From positions 1-64,000 of the forward strand of contig JASKLF010000010.1 in assembly GCA_030153785.1 (NCBI GenBank): a stretch of DNA of 64,000 nucleotides. The letters are read 5' to 3'. Made by a program: the position numbers and the translations under genes. Shown here piece after piece: positions 61,728 to 64,000 of this stretch; within the stretch, counting starts at the first letter, position 1; each line of letters starts with the position of its first letter. The notes under the pieces are model-generated. The model was not told where the DNA came from, ran no database searches, and saw only the letters and a list, made by a program, of their open reading frames with translations. The stretch comes from a bacterium. GTDB lineage: Bacteria; Synergistota; GBS-1.

Positions 61728-63108
61728 TTTTCTTTTCCTCCCCTCCACGCCTTTTCTTAGCCCAACCCTCTATATTAACCTGCTTAGCCCTCGCAATCGC
61801 AAGACTTTCCGGAGGAACATCCTTGGTTATAACAGAACCAGCTCCCGTAAAAGCACCTCTTCCAATCCTCACGGGAGCAACAAGCATAGTATCACTACCT
61901 ATAAAAACATCGTCCTCTATGAATGTGGGATTCTTCTTAACTCCATCGTAGTTACAGGTAATCGTTCCTGCCCCAACGTTAACCCTCTCACCTATAGTGG
62001 CATCACCTATATAAGAAAGGTGGGGAACCTTGCTCCCTTTACCTATAAAGCTCTTTTTAACCTCCACAAATTTGCCTACATAAGCACTTTCATCCAAAAT
62101 CGTCTCCGGCCTTAGATAGGCGAAGGGACCTACCTCACATCCATCACCAATCCTACTTCCTTCTATAACAACGTTCTCCCTTATGACGACATTATTTCCA
62201 ATGAAGCTATTTACTATCCTTACATTAGGGCCAATAATACATCCCTCTCCAATCACACTTCTACCCTCTATAAAAACCATAGGATATATAACAGTATCCT
62301 TCCCAATTTCAGCGTCAGGAGATATATAAGTCATTTGGGGGTCTATAATGGTAACCCCCTTCTCAAGCATGAGCCTCTCGTTTATTCTCCTTCTGTATTC
62401 TCTTTCAGCTTCAGCCAATGCCTTCCTGTCATTGATTCCCATTATTTCAAAATTATCCTCTACCGAAATAGAACCTATCTTTAAAGAATTGAGAACTGCT
62501 ATCTTAACTAAGTCAGTCAGATAATATTCTCCTTGGGCATTATCGCTCACAAGCCTATCTATATTTTCTTTCAAAAAGCCTGTATCAAAGCAATACACCC
62601 CTGCATTTACTTCCCTTATCTCCTTCTCCTTATAAGAAGCATCTTTCTCTTCAACAATTTTCACTATATTTCCCTTTTCGTCTCTGACAATTCTCCCGTA
62701 ACCTGTGGGAGTGTCTAAAAAGGCCGTAATTAGGGTAATAACATTATCCTCTTGCAAATGTGACTCTATCAGCCTCTTAAGCGTATCGGAAGATAAAAAG
62801 GGAACATCTCCTGCAAGAACAACCACATTATTATACCTTTGCCAGAAATCTTTCGCAACCCTAACAGCATCGCCCGTTCCAGCTTGCTTCGGCTGGGTTA
62901 TATAGAAAGGACCCTCTCCTATCTCCTTCCTAACCAAGTCGCCGTTAAAACCGATAACTATCCCTATATCACAGCCAAAAGGCTTAACCGCATCCAAAAC
63001 GTAAGAAAGCATCGTTTTCCCACAGATTTTATGCAAAACCTTAGGAAGAGATGACTTCATTCTTTTACCTTTACCAGCTGCTAATATTAAAAAGGCTATT
63101 TCATTCAT
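61720..63108 (-). CDS. glmU: Bifunctional GlcNAc-1-P uridyltransferase/acetyltransferase
   Basis: [26 protein letters not shown], hexapeptide repeats, HLSYIGD. Confidence 0.97.
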   Translation of the reverse strand: MNEIAFLILAAGKGKRMKSSLPKVLHKICGKTMLSYVLDAVKPFGCDIGIVIGFNGDLVRKEIGEGPFYITQPKQAGTGDAVRVAKDFWQRYNNVVVLAGDVPFLSSDTLKRLIESHLQEDNVITLITAFLDTPTGYGRIVRDEKGNIVKIVEEKDASYKEKEIREVNAGVYCFDTGFLKENIDRLVSDNAQGEYYLTDLVKIAVLNSLKIGSISVEDNFEIMGINDRKALAEAEREYRRRINERLMLEKGVTIIDPQMTYISPDAEIGKDTVIYPMVFIEGRSVIGEGCIIGPNVRIVNSFIGNNVVIRENVVIEGSRIGDGCEVGPFAYLRPETILDESAYVGKFVEVKKSFIGKGSKVPHLSYIGDATIGERVNVGAGTITCNYDGVKKNPTFIEDDVFIGSDTMLVAPVRIGRGAFTGAGSVITKDVPPESLAIARAKQVNIEGWAKKRRGGEEKKNG

Positions 63109-63264
63109 AAGATTAATTATAGCACACTCCCCAAAGAGTACCTATAAAAAACTCCTAAAAATTAAAATCGAAGCTCTCTCAATATATTCAGTATTTGTCT
63201 TTCGATTAGAATAATTTTTAGTCTCATGTAATCAATCACAAAACACCAACCCAAAAATAAAAAA

Positions 63265-63339
63265 TGGCTGGGGTGGCTGGACTCGAACCAGCACTGCCGG
63301 ATCCAAAGTCCGGTGCCCTGCCACTTAGGCGACACCCCA
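63265..63339 (-). tRNA. tRNA-Gln(TTG)
   Basis: TGGGGTGTCGCCTAAGTGGCAGGGCACCGGAC-T-TTG-GATCCGG...GGTTCGAGTCC...CCA. Confidence 0.93.
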
Positions 63340-63472
63340 ACCCTAAGGTAGCAATATTATAACAAAAAGTTTACCAAGCTTCAATATATGATGAATCGAA
63401 GAGCCTGTATTTGCTCAACCACCTTGGGATTTGTAAACTCACAAATCATGCGCACTAAGCACAAATAAGGGC

Positions 63473-63501
63473 TTGAAAAATGAAAAGGCTGGTTATATAA
63501 T
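63473..63501 (+). promoter_or_regulatory. tRNA-Leu promoter
   Basis: TTGAAA-N17-TATAAT, 11 nt before the tRNA. Confidence 0.7.
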
Positions 63502-63512
63502 ATATACCGCGA

Positions 63513-63600
63513 GCCGGAGTGGTGGAATTGGGAGACACGCTGTCTTGAGGGGGCAGTGGGTTTTTTACCCGTGCGGGTTCAAATCCCGCCTCCGGCACCA
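63513..63600 (+). tRNA. tRNA-Leu(GAG)
   Basis: GCCGGAG acceptor stem, CTGTC-TT-GAG-GG-GGCAG anticodon arm, long variable arm, GGTTCAAATCC, CCA end. Confidence 0.93.
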
Positions 63601-63609
63601 TAAAGAAAG

Positions 63610-63645
63610 AAAAGCCCTCCAGCTTTACCATGCTGGAGGGCTTTT
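63610..63645. terminator. Bidirectional intrinsic terminator
   Basis: AAAAGCCCTCCAGC-N8-GCTGGAGGGCTTTT between the convergent tRNA-Leu and hydrolase genes. Confidence 0.85.
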
Positions 63646-63648
63646 AAA

Positions 63649-63999
63649 TTATATTACCGTCTCTCCTCCAGGAGCTAAAACCTCACAGGAAACTCCTAAC
63701 ATTTCCGCTTTTTTAGCAAACTCCTTTGGGTCTGCCTCAATAAGGGGCCAGGTACTATAATGCATCGGGATAACTTTCTTTGGCCTTATCAATTCAAGAG
63801 CCCTAAGGGCATCATCGATGTCCATAGTAAAGTTTCCACCTATCGGAAGAAGAGCAACATCTATCCCCTCATCTTTAAGCAGTGACATGTCTGCTATAAG
63901 ACCTGTATCACCAGCGTGATAAATCTTTTTCCCTTCAAAGGAGATCAAAAAGCCACAGGGATTTCCCCCATAAATCACTCTATCACCTTCTACTATCCC
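63649..63999 (-). CDS. Metallo-beta-lactamase-fold metal-dependent hydrolase (UPF0173-like), 5' part outside the window
   Basis: [26 protein letters not shown]; frame open to the window end. Confidence 0.85.
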   Translation of the reverse strand, partial: GIVEGDRVIYGGNPCGFLISFEGKKIYHAGDTGLIADMSLLKDEGIDVALLPIGGNFTMDIDDALRALELIRPKKVIPMHYSTWPLIEADPKEFAKKAEMLGVSCEVLAPGGETVI

Positions 64000-64000
64000 A

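Noticed and set aside
26659..63108. Numerous antisense or alternative-frame ORFs of 60-200 aa over housekeeping genes
   Set aside because: Shadow ORFs fully overlapping well-supported genes, with no motifs.
63428..63447. Inverted repeat GATTTGT-N6-ACAAATC between the tRNA promoters
   Set aside because: Short, single instance, and not assignable to a known operator.
63265..63645. tRNAs as integration sites of a mobile element
   Set aside because: No integrase or duplicated tRNA 3' end is visible in the window.

Overview
Bacterial chromosomal window, probably from a thermophilic anaerobe. The Lys/Glu-rich proteins, PPDK, membrane pyrophosphatase and a GGGC-TM-RR sorting tail hint at Synergistota, but this is not proven. 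The left ~27 kb holds a split type III-A CRISPR-Cas locus. The csm1-5 effector operon is followed by a macrodomain gene. A 7.6 kb block of non-Cas genes (Mo-oxidoreductase, TctABC, KtrAB) separates it from a 32-repeat/31-spacer array transcribed on the minus strand. Beyond the array is a tightly packed run read as PEP-hydrolase-like TIM barrel, Tm-1-like, secreted protein, ComB-like, cas6, decayed SF1 helicase, CARF-HEPN nuclease, CRISPR-associated primase-polymerase (CAPP), cas1, cas2. The most striking signal is inside the array: at least 11 of 31 spacers, read as mRNA on the + strand, translate into four groups of homologous peptides. These appear to tile one or two small invader genes sampled from several divergent variants. 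A perfect 14-bp inverted repeat also spans the leader/first-repeat junction. The remaining ~37 kb is housekeeping (coaE, pcrA, rpoD-dnaG, hppA, ppdK, glyQS, recO, era, ybeY, phoH, mazG, mfd, pth, rplY, prs, glmU, two tRNAs). Spacers are numbered S1-S31 from low to high coordinate, so S31 is leader-proximal. All family calls come from motif recognition by eye; no searches were run.
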